This document shows positions 1 to 9,459 of a stretch of 64,000 bases of DNA, piece after piece. The translations under genes were made by a program, and so were the position numbers. The notes under the pieces were generated by a model that saw only the letters and a list, made by a program, of their open reading frames with translations, had not been told where the DNA came from and ran no database searches. Source of the DNA: Clostridia bacterium (GTDB lineage: Bacteria > Bacillota > Clostridia > Oscillospirales > Acutalibacteraceae); the NCBI GenBank assembly GCA_017390725.1, contig JAFPAV010000020.1:3898-67897 (forward strand), read 5' to 3'. Within the stretch, counting starts at the first letter, position 1, and every line of letters begins with the position of its first letter.

Positions 1-709
1 GTGCATAGGCATCGGGCGTAACGGATTTTTTAGTCATATTAAAAATAACTATAGGTAAGGTCTGATAATGTCCACAGGTAAAATAACTGATTACAAAATC
101 ATCAAGAGAAAGGGTAAAAGCCATTATAAAGCCTGTGGCTATACCTGTAGATATTGATGGCAAAACAACCTTAAAAAATGCTTGTAGGGGAGTGCAACCT
201 AAATCTAATGCCGCTTCAGGTAAATGGGAATCGGTTTGCTTAAGCTTTGGAATAACCGATAAAATCACATAGGGTAAATTAAAGGTTATATGGGCAATTA
301 AAACGGTAACAAATCCCAAAGATTCTCTTGCGCCTATAATTTTTCCGAAGAAGATGAACAAAAGCATAAGTGATATACCCGTAACAATATCCGCATTCAT
401 CATAGGAATGTTGGTTGTGGTCATAACAATGCTTTTAGTAATCTTTTTTCTAAGAGCCATAATACCTACTGCTGCAGCAGTTCCCAACACAGTGGAAATA
501 ATGGCGGACAGAACGGCAATTATTAGCGTATGTTGTAATGCAGTGAGCATAGCAGTATCTGAAAAAAGGCCTGTATACCAATCGAGTGAAAATCCTGCAA
601 ATCGCCATACGCTTCGTGCAGAATTGAAGGAGAAAATTATCATCACCGCAACGGGAGCGTATAGAAAAAACAGTATGAGGGATATATATAATCTTGAAAG
701 TATCTTCAT
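1..709 (-). CDS. potC: Spermidine/putrescine ABC transporter permease PotC; 3' end lies outside the window
   Basis: Not in the ORF track because it runs off the window. My translation from the ATG at 709 reads MKILSRLYISLILFFLYAPVAVMIIFSFNS...EAALDLGCTPLQAFFKVVLP with no stop down to base 1. It has a permease EAA loop, and its start makes an ATGA overlap with the potB stop. Confidence 0.85.
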   Translation of the reverse strand, partial: MKILSRLYISLILFFLYAPVAVMIIFSFNSARSVWRFAGFSLDWYTGLFSDTAMLTALQHTLIIAVLSAIISTVLGTAAAVGIMALRKKITKSIVMTTTNIPMMNADIVTGISLMLLFIFFGKIIGARESLGFVTVLIAHITFNLPYVILSVIPKLKQTDSHLPEAALDLGCTPLQAFFKVVLPSISTGIATGFIMAFTLSLDDFVISYFTCGHYQTLPIVIFNMTKKSVTPDAYA

Positions 710-1539
710 AGTATAACACCCCCGTCTTCATCGTCACCTGAAAATTTATTCATTATGGCAAGACAGATAAGAATCATCAACATTAGGATTAAAGAAAGGG
801 CAGAGGCAACATTGTAATAGCTCGGTCCCAGGTTATATAAATATTCAATTGCATCGCCAATGAGCATAGTTTTATTTCCGCCGAGTTTTTGAGAAATATA
901 AAATGTGCTTACAGAGGGTACAAAAACCATCGTAATACCGGAGATTATACCTGAACGGGTGAGGGGAAGAATAACCCTTCTGAACTTTGAAAAAGAATTA
1001 GAACCTAAATCTTCTGCCGCTTCCAAAAGGGATTTATCAAGCTTTGACATTACAGAATAAATCGGCAGAATCATATAGGGAATAAAATCATACACCATTC
1101 CAAGAATTACCGCTCCCGGAGTGTTAATCAGTCTTAATGGAGCAATTCCTAATTTGCCTAAAAAGGTATTAATAAGACCGGTGTTGGCAAGAATTGTAAT
1201 CCAGGAATAGGTTCTTATTAAAAAGTTCATCCACATAGGAAGCATAACAATAAGCAAAATCATTCTCTGTGAGCTTATTTTGATTTTGGTCATAAAATAA
1301 GCCATCGGATAGGCTAACAAAAGTGTAATAACAGTTGCTATAGCGGCATAAAGAATTGAAATTCCAAATGCCTTTTTATATTTTCCGATTTGCGCTATGT
1401 TGGCAATGGTGAATACACCGTTTTGGTCTGTAAGGGCAAAATATATCATTATAAGTAAGGGAACAATAATAAATATTGCCGACCAAACAATGTATGGAGC
1501 TGCAATAATACGACTACCGAAGGAGGTTTTATTTTTCAT
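706..1539 (-). CDS. potB: Spermidine/putrescine ABC transporter permease PotB
   Basis: 277 aa polytopic membrane protein with an EAA loop (LLEAAEDLGSNSFSKFRRVILP). It lies between potA and potC with 3-nt and 4-nt junctions. Confidence 0.85.
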   Translation of the reverse strand: MKNKTSFGSRIIAAPYIVWSAIFIIVPLLIMIYFALTDQNGVFTIANIAQIGKYKKAFGISILYAAIATVITLLLAYPMAYFMTKIKISSQRMILLIVMLPMWMNFLIRTYSWITILANTGLINTFLGKLGIAPLRLINTPGAVILGMVYDFIPYMILPIYSVMSKLDKSLLEAAEDLGSNSFSKFRRVILPLTRSGIISGITMVFVPSVSTFYISQKLGGNKTMLIGDAIEYLYNLGPSYYNVASALSLILMLMILICLAIMNKFSGDDEDGGVIL

Positions 1540-1542
1540 AAA

Positions 1543-2661
1543 TTATTCCTCCTCATCGATTTCCGAAAGGAGTTCAATTTCTTCGCTATAGGTAGAATAG
1601 TCACCGTATTTTCCTGAATATTCGGATTTCTTCATTATGTGGATAGCATCAGGCTCAATATAAAGACCGACATTGTCACCAACAAAATTTTCATCGGTTG
1701 TTTGTATCATCCATTTAAAACCTCCGATATCAACAATGATCTCATAATGAACGCCAAGGAAGGAAACCGAGGTAACAACACCCCTGAGCATACCTTTTTC
1801 TGCGGGAACAATATCCACATCTTCAGGGCGTACAACAACGTCAACCTCTTCGTTTGTATCAAATCCTTTATCGAGGCATTCAAATTTTTGTCCCGAAAAT
1901 TCAACCGAGAAGTCCTTTAGCATAATACCGTCAAGTATATTAGATTCACCGATAAAATCGGCAACAAAGGCATTTTGAGGCTCATTATAGATATCCTGAG
2001 GAGTTCCAACCTGTTGTATTTTTCCCGAATCCATAACAACAACACGGTCAGACATAGTTAAAGCTTCTTCCTGATCGTGTGTTACGAAAATAAAGGTTAT
2101 TCCAAGCTGCTCTTGAATCTTTTTAAGCTCCTTTTGCATATCCTTGCGAAGCTTTAGGTCAAGGGCGGCAAGTGGCTCATCAAGGAGCAAAACCTTTGGG
2201 TGATTTGCGATAGCTCTCGCAATAGCAATTCTCTGTTGCTGACCGCCGGAAAGTGTATCAATATTACGCTTTTCAAGGCCCTTGAGATTTACCAATTCCA
2301 ACATTTCGTTTACCTTGGTTTTAATATCCTTTTCAGGCATCTTTTTAACCCTCAAACCAAAGGCAATATTTTCATATACATTCAGGTGAGGGAAAAGGGC
2401 ATAACGCTGAAAAATGGTGTTAACCTGACGCTTATAAGCAGGCACACCATTAATCCTATTACCCTCAAAGAAAATATCCCCTTCATCCGGCTCAAGAAAT
2501 CCTGCAATTAAACGAAGTGTGGTAGTTTTACCGCATCCGGAAGGACCTAATAAGGTTATAAACTCCTTATCCTTAATATCCAGATTAAGTCCGTCAAGGA
2601 TTTGCTCACCGTCAAATGAAACGGATACATTTTTAAGTTCAACAATATTATCTTTTTTCAT
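1543..2661 (-). CDS. potA: Spermidine/putrescine import ATP-binding protein PotA
   Basis: 372 aa. Walker [10 protein letters not shown], signature LSGGQQQR, Walker B LLLDEPL, plus a C-terminal regulatory (TOBE-like) extension typical of PotA. Confidence 0.85.
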   Translation of the reverse strand: MKKDNIVELKNVSVSFDGEQILDGLNLDIKDKEFITLLGPSGCGKTTTLRLIAGFLEPDEGDIFFEGNRINGVPAYKRQVNTIFQRYALFPHLNVYENIAFGLRVKKMPEKDIKTKVNEMLELVNLKGLEKRNIDTLSGGQQQRIAIARAIANHPKVLLLDEPLAALDLKLRKDMQKELKKIQEQLGITFIFVTHDQEEALTMSDRVVVMDSGKIQQVGTPQDIYNEPQNAFVADFIGESNILDGIMLKDFSVEFSGQKFECLDKGFDTNEEVDVVVRPEDVDIVPAEKGMLRGVVTSVSFLGVHYEIIVDIGGFKWMIQTTDENFVGDNVGLYIEPDAIHIMKKSEYSGKYGDYSTYSEEIELLSEIDEEE

Positions 2662-3107
2662 AAAAGCATCCCCCTTTGTTCAACACTCAAGTGCCGACAC
2701 AAGAATAATTTTTTGCCCAATCATATGTATAGAGCTCATATGACCTACGGGCTACCCTGTGCGATACCCGCAAACTCGTCATAAAATGCCCTGAACAAAG
2801 GGTTTTTCATAGTTTTCTCGCAAAAAAATAACGGAAACTACGGCATAATATTTGAATTTGCTCTCTACACAAGATGCTTTGTTTACTTATTAAATTTTTT
2901 CTGTAAACCTATTTAAAAAATATATAGTATATTTACCGAAATGTCAAGGTAATTTTGCGAAATTTGTAAATTTTTGAAATAAATTTTTATTATTAATAAA
3001 AAATGCTCCTGAATGCTTCGTTTTCCTCGTTTTTTCTCGTTAATTCTCGCTTTTTGTACTTGTTATAAAAAATCACCGAAAAATTGCTTACAAATATTAA
3101 AATATAG

Positions 3108-3136
3108 TTGCTGAATTATTTTATATATGATATAAT
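3108..3136 (+). promoter_or_regulatory. Sigma-A type promoter for ruvCAB (TTGCTG-17 nt-TATAAT)
   Basis: -35 TTGCTG at 3108-3113, a 17-nt spacer, and -10 TATAAT at 3131-3136, about 30 nt upstream of the ruvC start. Confidence 0.45.
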
Positions 3137-3167
3137 GTTATGAAATAATGTTATGGTGGTGAATTGT

Positions 3168-3674
3168 ATGCGTATACTTGGTATTGACCCCGGATATGCA
3201 ATAGTCGGATACGGTATAGTTGAATATGACGGTTTTCGGTTTGATGCTGTGGCATACGGTGCAGTTACAACACCGGCTAAAGAAAAATTTCCTGAGCGAC
3301 TTCGTATGATTTATGAGGATTTATCATTTTTGATTAAGAAATATCAACCGGACCATCTTGCTATTGAAAAGCTGTATTTCAATACAAACACCACTACGGC
3401 AATTGATGTTGCACAGGCAAGGGGTGTAATTCTCCTGTGTGCTACCGAAAACGGGATACCAATTTTTGAATATACACCTTTACAGGTTAAACAGGCAATA
3501 ACGGGATATGGCAGAGCCGAAAAGCATCAGGTGATGGAAATGATAAAGAGTTTTCTATCCTTAAAGGCTATACCAAAGCCCGATGATACAGCGGATGCTT
3601 TGGCACTAGCGGTTTGTCACGGACATTGCACAGGCAATCTTGTTGGAAAACTTAATTCGGAGGCGAAGAAGTAA
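3168..3674 (+). CDS. ruvC: Crossover junction endodeoxyribonuclease RuvC
   Basis: MRILGIDPGY..., AIEKLYF and DDTADALALA match the RuvC acidic catalytic residues. I place the start at the ATG at 3168, which follows GGTGGTGA; the track ORF opens at 3153. Confidence 0.9.
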   Translation: MRILGIDPGYAIVGYGIVEYDGFRFDAVAYGAVTTPAKEKFPERLRMIYEDLSFLIKKYQPDHLAIEKLYFNTNTTTAIDVAQARGVILLCATENGIPIFEYTPLQVKQAITGYGRAEKHQVMEMIKSFLSLKAIPKPDDTADALALAVCHGHCTGNLVGKLNSEAKK

Positions 3675-4276
3675 TGTTATCAACACTAAGAGGTAAGCTT
3701 TTATTTAACGATACAAATTCTGTTATAATCGAATGCGGTGGCGTGGGCTTTAAATGTTTTATAACTAAAAAAACATTATCTGCAGTACCGAGAATCGGAG
3801 AAGAGTTGTTTCTTTATACATATCTTTCAGTAAAAGAAGATGCGCTCGACCTTTATGGATTTGCAGAACTCGAGGAATTAGAGGCGTATAAGCTTGTAAC
3901 CTCCGTCAGCGGTGTAGGACCAAAGATAGGTATCGCATTACTGTCTGAGTTTACAGCTTCAGAGATAAGTTTGTATATTGCAAGTAATGATGCGAAGATG
4001 CTGACACGTGCAGCCGGAGTAGGACTGAAATTAGCGCAACGCATAGTTTTAGAACTCAAGGACAAGCTTGGCAGTTTTACGGGAACGGATACAGATGCTA
4101 TTGCTACTGTTGGTAATGCATCGATTAATTCTAATTCAAAGGAAGCTGTTGCAGCCCTTGTTTCACTAGGATTTTCACAAAGCGAAGCTTCATTGGCTAT
4201 TGGAAAACTCGATCAAGCACTTTCGGCCGAAGAACTAATTAAATTGGCACTTAAAACACTTTCAAGGGGGATATAA
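3674..4276 (+). CDS. ruvA: Holliday junction branch migration complex subunit RuvA
   Basis: 200 aa. HhH motifs (VSGVGPKIGIALL, AAGVGLKLAQRIVLEL). TAATG overlap with the ruvC stop. Confidence 0.9.
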   Translation: MLSTLRGKLLFNDTNSVIIECGGVGFKCFITKKTLSAVPRIGEELFLYTYLSVKEDALDLYGFAELEELEAYKLVTSVSGVGPKIGIALLSEFTASEISLYIASNDAKMLTRAAGVGLKLAQRIVLELKDKLGSFTGTDTDAIATVGNASINSNSKEAVAALVSLGFSQSEASLAIGKLDQALSAEELIKLALKTLSRGI

Positions 4277-4279
4277 TAA

Positions 4280-5314
4280 ATGATAGAAGAAATGGATTTT
4301 GAAAATCGTATTGTTTCTCCTGAATATACCTATGCCGATGAGGAATCTGAGTTATCACTAAGACCTCGCAGTCTCGATGAATATATCGGTCAGGATAAGG
4401 CTAAAGAAAATCTCAGTATTTATATCAAGGCAGCTCTTCAAAGAAAAGAACCTTTGGACCACGTTTTACTTTATGGCCCTCCCGGACTTGGTAAAACAAC
4501 CCTTTCCTCAATTATTGCAAGAGAAATGGGAGTTAATTTAAGAGTTACTTCGGGACCTGCTATAGAAAAACAGGGGGATTTGGTAGCAATTCTCACTTCG
4601 CTCAATGAAGGCGACGTTCTTTTTATCGACGAAATTCACAGACTCTCCCGAAACGTTGAGGAAATACTTTATCCTGCTATGGAGGACTTTTCTGTAGACA
4701 TTATACTTGGAAAAGGGCCTTCGGCTCGTTCCATACGTCTTGATGTGCCACACTTTACCTTGGTTGGAGCAACAACCCGTTCGGGACAGCTTACAGCTCC
4801 CTTAAGAGATAGATTCGGTGTTCTTTTAAGATTAGAACTTTACACCCCTGAGCAGTTAGCGCAGATTGTAACCCGTTCTGCAGGAATTTTGGGTATTGAA
4901 ATTGATAATGATGGTGCTTTGGAAATTGCTTCCCGTTCCAGAGGTACACCACGTATTGCCAACCGTTTATTAAAGCGTGTAAGAGATATAGCCCAGGTTG
5001 AATTTGACGGAAAAATCACTTACGAAACAGCAAGTGCTGCTTTATCACGCTTTGAAATTGATGAGCTCGGTCTTGATGATTTTGACCGTAAAATGCTTAC
5101 AACAATTATTCAAAATTATTCGGGTGGACCTGTTGGACTTGATACCTTAGCAGCTGCTCTCGGAGAAGAAGCAGTAACTATTGAAGATGTATATGAGCCA
5201 TATCTTATGCAGCTCGGTTTTCTTAACAGAACTGCAAGGGGAAGATGTGCTACAAAGCTTGCTTACGAGCATTTGGGTATTAATGATAATTCAGTACAAC
5301 AGTCTCTGTTTTGA
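4280..5314 (+). CDS. ruvB: Holliday junction DNA helicase RuvB
   Basis: 344 aa. Walker [10 protein letters not shown], Walker [10 protein letters not shown], and the conserved [15 protein letters not shown] segment. Confidence 0.95.
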   Translation: MIEEMDFENRIVSPEYTYADEESELSLRPRSLDEYIGQDKAKENLSIYIKAALQRKEPLDHVLLYGPPGLGKTTLSSIIAREMGVNLRVTSGPAIEKQGDLVAILTSLNEGDVLFIDEIHRLSRNVEEILYPAMEDFSVDIILGKGPSARSIRLDVPHFTLVGATTRSGQLTAPLRDRFGVLLRLELYTPEQLAQIVTRSAGILGIEIDNDGALEIASRSRGTPRIANRLLKRVRDIAQVEFDGKITYETASAALSRFEIDELGLDDFDRKMLTTIIQNYSGGPVGLDTLAAALGEEAVTIEDVYEPYLMQLGFLNRTARGRCATKLAYEHLGINDNSVQQSLF

Positions 5315-5325
5315 AAGGAAAAGTT

Positions 5326-6189
5326 ATGAGAGCCGTAGAAGGTTTTAATGATTATGAGTTAATTGATGCCGATTCTGGACAACGTCTTGAGCGTTGGAAG
5401 GATATAATTCTGATAAGACCTGATCCGCAGATTATATGGTCCGGAAAAAGAAAAAATCCTCTTTGGAATCAGGCACATGCTATTTATCACCGTTCCCAAA
5501 GCGGAGGCGGTTACTGGGAGAAGCTTAAAAACGTTCCCGATGTATGGAGCGTAAATTATGAAGATATGACCTTTAGACTTAAGCCGATGGGCTTTAAGCA
5601 TACCGGTCTTTTCCCGGAGCAAGCGGTTAACTGGACCCTTGCAAAAGAGCTGATTAAAAAGGCAGATAGGGAAATTTCAGTGCTGAATCTGTTTTCATAT
5701 ACAGGAGCTGCAACGATTGCTTGCTTGAAGGCGGGTGCATCTGTAACTCATGTTGATGCATCAAAAGGTATGGTGCAGTGGGCCAAGGAGAATGCTGTGG
5801 CTTCAGATGTGGCAGATAAAAACGTTCGTTGGCTTGTTGATGATTGCTTGAAATTTGTAAAAAGAGAAATTCGCAGAGGTAAAAAATACGATGCTATTAT
5901 AATGGACCCTCCGTCCTACGGAAGGGGACCTAACGGTGAAGTTTGGAAGCTTGAGCAACAATTGACTGAGTTATTGACCGAAACGGGAAAACTGCTATCA
6001 GATGATGCTATTTTCTTCTTTTTGAATTCTTATACAGGCGGTCTGTCTCCAACGATACTTAACTACATGGTTAAGCAATATATTGTTGATAACAGAGGTG
6101 GAGAGATTTTCACCGATGAAATCGGTTTAAGGGTTAGCGAAAAGGATGTAGTTTTACCCTGCGGAAATACAACGGTTTGGAAAAGATAA
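5326..6189 (+). CDS. Class I SAM-dependent methyltransferase (RlmI/YwbD-like catalytic domain, no PUA domain)
   Basis: Contains VLNLFSYTGAATIA (SAM-binding motif I) and IIMDPPSYGRGP (DPPxY/F catalytic motif). I chose the ATG at 5326 after GAAAGGAAAAG; the track ORF opens with a TTG at 5311 inside the ruvB stop. Confidence 0.7.
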   Translation: MRAVEGFNDYELIDADSGQRLERWKDIILIRPDPQIIWSGKRKNPLWNQAHAIYHRSQSGGGYWEKLKNVPDVWSVNYEDMTFRLKPMGFKHTGLFPEQAVNWTLAKELIKKADREISVLNLFSYTGAATIACLKAGASVTHVDASKGMVQWAKENAVASDVADKNVRWLVDDCLKFVKREIRRGKKYDAIIMDPPSYGRGPNGEVWKLEQQLTELLTETGKLLSDDAIFFFLNSYTGGLSPTILNYMVKQYIVDNRGGEIFTDEIGLRVSEKDVVLPCGNTTVWKR

Positions 6190-6190
6190 A

Positions 6191-7042
6191 ATGGATAATA
6201 TTATTGAAGTAAAAAATGTAACCTATGAATATGTTGATGATAATCTCACACATTCAGCCGTTAAAGATTTTTCGTTGGCGGTTGAAAGAGGCTCATTTAC
6301 GGTTATATTAGGTCATAACGGTTCGGGTAAATCAACCTTAGCTAAATTGATAAACGGTTTATATAAGCCAACTAAGGGCGATGTTATTGTTGATGGTATG
6401 AACACCAAAGACGAGCTTTATGAAACTGAAATTAAGCGTAGGGTTGGTATGGTTTTTCAAAACCCCGATAATCAACTTATAGCTTCTATAGTTGAAGAGG
6501 ATGTTGCATTCGGCCCTGAAAATTTAGGCATTGAACCGGATGAGATTCGCAAAAGAGTTGATGAATCTCTTAAAGCGGTTGATATGTATGAGTTTGTTAA
6601 ATCAACACCTCATCATCTTTCGGGCGGACAAAAGCAGCGTATAGCAATAGCGGGTATTATTGCAATGCAGCCTGACTGTATTGTTCTCGATGAGCCCACA
6701 GCTATGCTTGACCCCAAGGGCAGAAAAGAGATAATTAACACAATTCTAAAGCTTAACAGGGAAAAGAATATAACTGTAATTCTTATAACCCACTATATGG
6801 AAGAAGCCGAAAATGCTGATAGAGTCGTTGTTATGAATGACGGAGCGATTATCGCAGATTCAACACCAAAAAGAATTTTTTCTGATGTTGAAATGCTCAA
6901 ATCTGTTGGCCTTGATGTTCCGCAGACAACAGAGCTTTTATATAGTTTAAAGAAAAACGGATTTGATGTATCAACCGATGTAATTTCTATTAAAGAAGCA
7001 GCCGATGCTATTGAAAAGGCGCTTCATTTGGAGGAAAAATAA
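6191..7042 (+). CDS. ecfA1: Energy-coupling factor (ECF) transporter ATPase EcfA1
   Basis: 283 aa. Walker A GHNGSGKST, signature LSGGQKQR, Walker B IVLDEPTAMLD. It is followed by a second ATPase and the T component. Confidence 0.9.
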   Translation: MDNIIEVKNVTYEYVDDNLTHSAVKDFSLAVERGSFTVILGHNGSGKSTLAKLINGLYKPTKGDVIVDGMNTKDELYETEIKRRVGMVFQNPDNQLIASIVEEDVAFGPENLGIEPDEIRKRVDESLKAVDMYEFVKSTPHHLSGGQKQRIAIAGIIAMQPDCIVLDEPTAMLDPKGRKEIINTILKLNREKNITVILITHYMEEAENADRVVVMNDGAIIADSTPKRIFSDVEMLKSVGLDVPQTTELLYSLKKNGFDVSTDVISIKEAADAIEKALHLEEK

Positions 7043-7906
7043 TTGTCGTTACTCAAGGTAAATAATTTAAGCTATGCATACAGCGGTGCAACGCCTTTTT
7101 TTAATGATGCACTAAAAGATGTAAGCTTCAATATTGAAAAAGGCGAGATTATCGGTATAATCGGACACACTGGTTCGGGGAAATCTACGCTCGTTCAACA
7201 CCTTAATGGTCTGCTTAAGCCAAATTCGGGTGAAATATTATTAGAAAATGAAAATATTTGGGATAATCCTAAGGAAATCAGAAAAGTGCGTTCCAAGGTT
7301 GGCCTTGTTTTTCAGTATCCCGAATATCAGCTTTTTGAGGAAACCGTTTATAAAGATATCGCTTTTGGTCCTAAAAATATGGGCATTGCCGATGATGAAA
7401 TCGATAAATGTGTTAGGGATATCTGTGCCATTATTGGTGTCAAGGAAGAGCATTTTAATAAGTCTCCCTTTGACCTATCGGGTGGAGAAAAGAGGCGTGT
7501 TGCCATTGCAGGAGTAATGGCAATGAAGCCGGAAATAATTATTTTCGATGAACCAACCTCCGGTCTTGACCCTAAGGGCAGAGAAGATATTATTGAAATC
7601 ATAAAAAATTACCGTGAAGCTACCGGTGCTACGGTTATAATCATATCTCATAATATGGAGGATATGGCGGTTATTGCCGATAAACTTCTCGTTCTCAATA
7701 AAGGAAAACTTGAGATGTTTGATACTGTTGAGAAAATTTTCTCTAATAGGGTGAAATTGAACAGTATAGGATTGGATGTTCCTATCGTAACAAGAGTTTT
7801 TGATGAACTGATAAAAAGAGGAGTAGACGTTGAAAAGGATATTTTCACCGTCGAAAAAGCAATAGAATCCTTGAAAAAAGTGAAAGCGGGTGATTCTAAT
7901 GCTTAA
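7043..7906 (+). CDS. ecfA2: ECF transporter ATPase EcfA2
   Basis: 287 aa. GHTGSGKST, LSGGEKRR, IIFDEPTSGLD. TTG start 7 nt after GGAGGA. Confidence 0.9.
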   Translation: MSLLKVNNLSYAYSGATPFFNDALKDVSFNIEKGEIIGIIGHTGSGKSTLVQHLNGLLKPNSGEILLENENIWDNPKEIRKVRSKVGLVFQYPEYQLFEETVYKDIAFGPKNMGIADDEIDKCVRDICAIIGVKEEHFNKSPFDLSGGEKRRVAIAGVMAMKPEIIIFDEPTSGLDPKGREDIIEIIKNYREATGATVIIISHNMEDMAVIADKLLVLNKGKLEMFDTVEKIFSNRVKLNSIGLDVPIVTRVFDELIKRGVDVEKDIFTVEKAIESLKKVKAGDSNA

Positions 7907-8705
7907 GGATATTACCTTTGGCCAGTACTACGAAAGCGGTTCTGTAATTCACAGAATAGATGCGAGAGTTAAAATACTATTACTAATTTTAATAATTGTT
8001 TTTATCTTTATATCCTCTAATTTGTTTTCAATCCTTTTTTCGGCTCTCGGAATTTTTACCATAATTTTAGTGTCGGGAGTACCGTTTTCTTTATATGCAA
8101 AAAATTTAAAGGCTATTTTGCCGATACTTTTGATAACCTTTGTTATTAACTTATTTTATGGCGAAGGAGAGGCATTGATTTCCTTTTGGAAGCTTAGTAT
8201 CACAACGGGTGGACTGTATAGAGCTTTTTATATGTCCTTAAGAATTGCTTTGCTAATTTTCATAAGCTCTGCTTTGACATATACTACTACACCCAACGAT
8301 TTAACCTATGCTATTGAAAAATTGCTTAGTCCTTTAAAGTATGTAGGATTGCAAAACGCCGTTCATACCCTTGCTATGATGATGACAATAGTTTTAAGGT
8401 TTATACCGATACTTGTTGAGGAAACTCAAAAGATTATGAACGCCCAAAAGGCTAGGGGTGCGGATTTAGAAAACGGAAGTCTGATGCGACGCATTAAAGC
8501 ACTCATACCGATTTTGATACCGTTGCTAATTTCTTCAATAAGACACGCTTATGAATTAGCCGAGGCAATGGAATGTCGATGCTACACGGGCGGTGAGGGA
8601 AGAACACGCATGAAGCAAATGCGGTTGACGAAGATTGATTTTTACAGTTCTTGCTTTGCGGTTTTAGGATGCTTAATTGTGATTTTATTAAATATAATCT
8701 TTTAG
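7890..8705 (+). CDS. ecfT: ECF transporter transmembrane component EcfT
   Basis: 271 aa polytopic protein with the conserved ARG motifs (AQKARGADLE). It overlaps the ecfA2 end. The start is ambiguous: GTG at 7890 or ATG at 7899. Confidence 0.85.
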   Translation: MILMLKDITFGQYYESGSVIHRIDARVKILLLILIIVFIFISSNLFSILFSALGIFTIILVSGVPFSLYAKNLKAILPILLITFVINLFYGEGEALISFWKLSITTGGLYRAFYMSLRIALLIFISSALTYTTTPNDLTYAIEKLLSPLKYVGLQNAVHTLAMMMTIVLRFIPILVEETQKIMNAQKARGADLENGSLMRRIKALIPILIPLLISSIRHAYELAEAMECRCYTGGEGRTRMKQMRLTKIDFYSSCFAVLGCLIVILLNIIF

Positions 8706-8713
8706 GTGATATT

Positions 8714-9448
8714 ATGAAAAAAATGTTACTTAAAATTGCATATGACGGTACCGATTATCACGGTTGGCAGGTGCAGCCTAACGGTATAACAGTTCAGGAA
8801 GCTCTTCAAGATGTTATTGAAAAGCTTATTGGTGAAAGACCGGATGTTACAGGCTGCAGTCGCACCGATGCTGGTGTACACGCCAAGGAATTTTACTGTC
8901 ATTTTTGCTGTGATGATAAATTTCCCGATGTTACCTTTGTTAAAGGATTAAATTCCGTTCTTCCAAGGGATATTTTTGCACTTGAATGTAAAGCTGTGCC
9001 TGATGATTTTCATGCGAGATATTCGGCAAAGGGCAAAAGGTATGTTTATAAAATAAAACAGACTAATCCAAATCCTTTTGATTCCAGATATTCTTGGTAT
9101 GTATCAAGAAAACTTAATGCCGAATTGATGAATGAATTTTGCAAACGGATAGTTGGAACACATGATTTTTACGGTTTTTCATCTTCGGGAAGAACTGTGG
9201 AGGATACAGTGCGTACCGTTAGTGAATGTAACTGTAAGTATACCGATAACGGAGATATTATTTTCACTGTTGAAGCAAACGGTTTTCTTTATAATATGGT
9301 TAGAATTTTGGTGGGTACTGCGGTAGGCGTGTCTGACGGTAAAATTCAGTTGGAGGATATCGATTCAATTTTTGCCAATAAGGACAGAAGCCTTGCGGGT
9401 GTTACCGCTCCACCTGAAGGACTGTTTTTAGATAAAGTTTTTTATTAG
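8714..9448 (+). CDS. truA: tRNA pseudouridine(38-40) synthase TruA
   Basis: MKKMLLKIAYDGTDYHGWQVQPN and the catalytic-Asp motif GCSRTDAGVHA. I use the ATG at 8714; the track ORF opens at 8651 inside ecfT. Confidence 0.9.
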   Translation: MKKMLLKIAYDGTDYHGWQVQPNGITVQEALQDVIEKLIGERPDVTGCSRTDAGVHAKEFYCHFCCDDKFPDVTFVKGLNSVLPRDIFALECKAVPDDFHARYSAKGKRYVYKIKQTNPNPFDSRYSWYVSRKLNAELMNEFCKRIVGTHDFYGFSSSGRTVEDTVRTVSECNCKYTDNGDIIFTVEANGFLYNMVRILVGTAVGVSDGKIQLEDIDSIFANKDRSLAGVTAPPEGLFLDKVFY

Positions 9449-9459
9449 GAAGATAAAAT

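Noticed and set aside
354-737. Track ORFs 354-716 (+) and 450-737 (-)
   Set aside because: They overlap the potC reading frame, which is open from 709 to base 1 on the minus strand and has clear permease features. The track misses potC only because it runs off the window.
3001-3150. A LexA (Cheo box, GAAC-N4-GTTC) operator upstream of ruvCAB
   Set aside because: The closest string, GAATGCTTCGTT (3011-3022), does not fit the GAAC-N4-GTTC half-site spacing. SOS control cannot be supported from the sequence.
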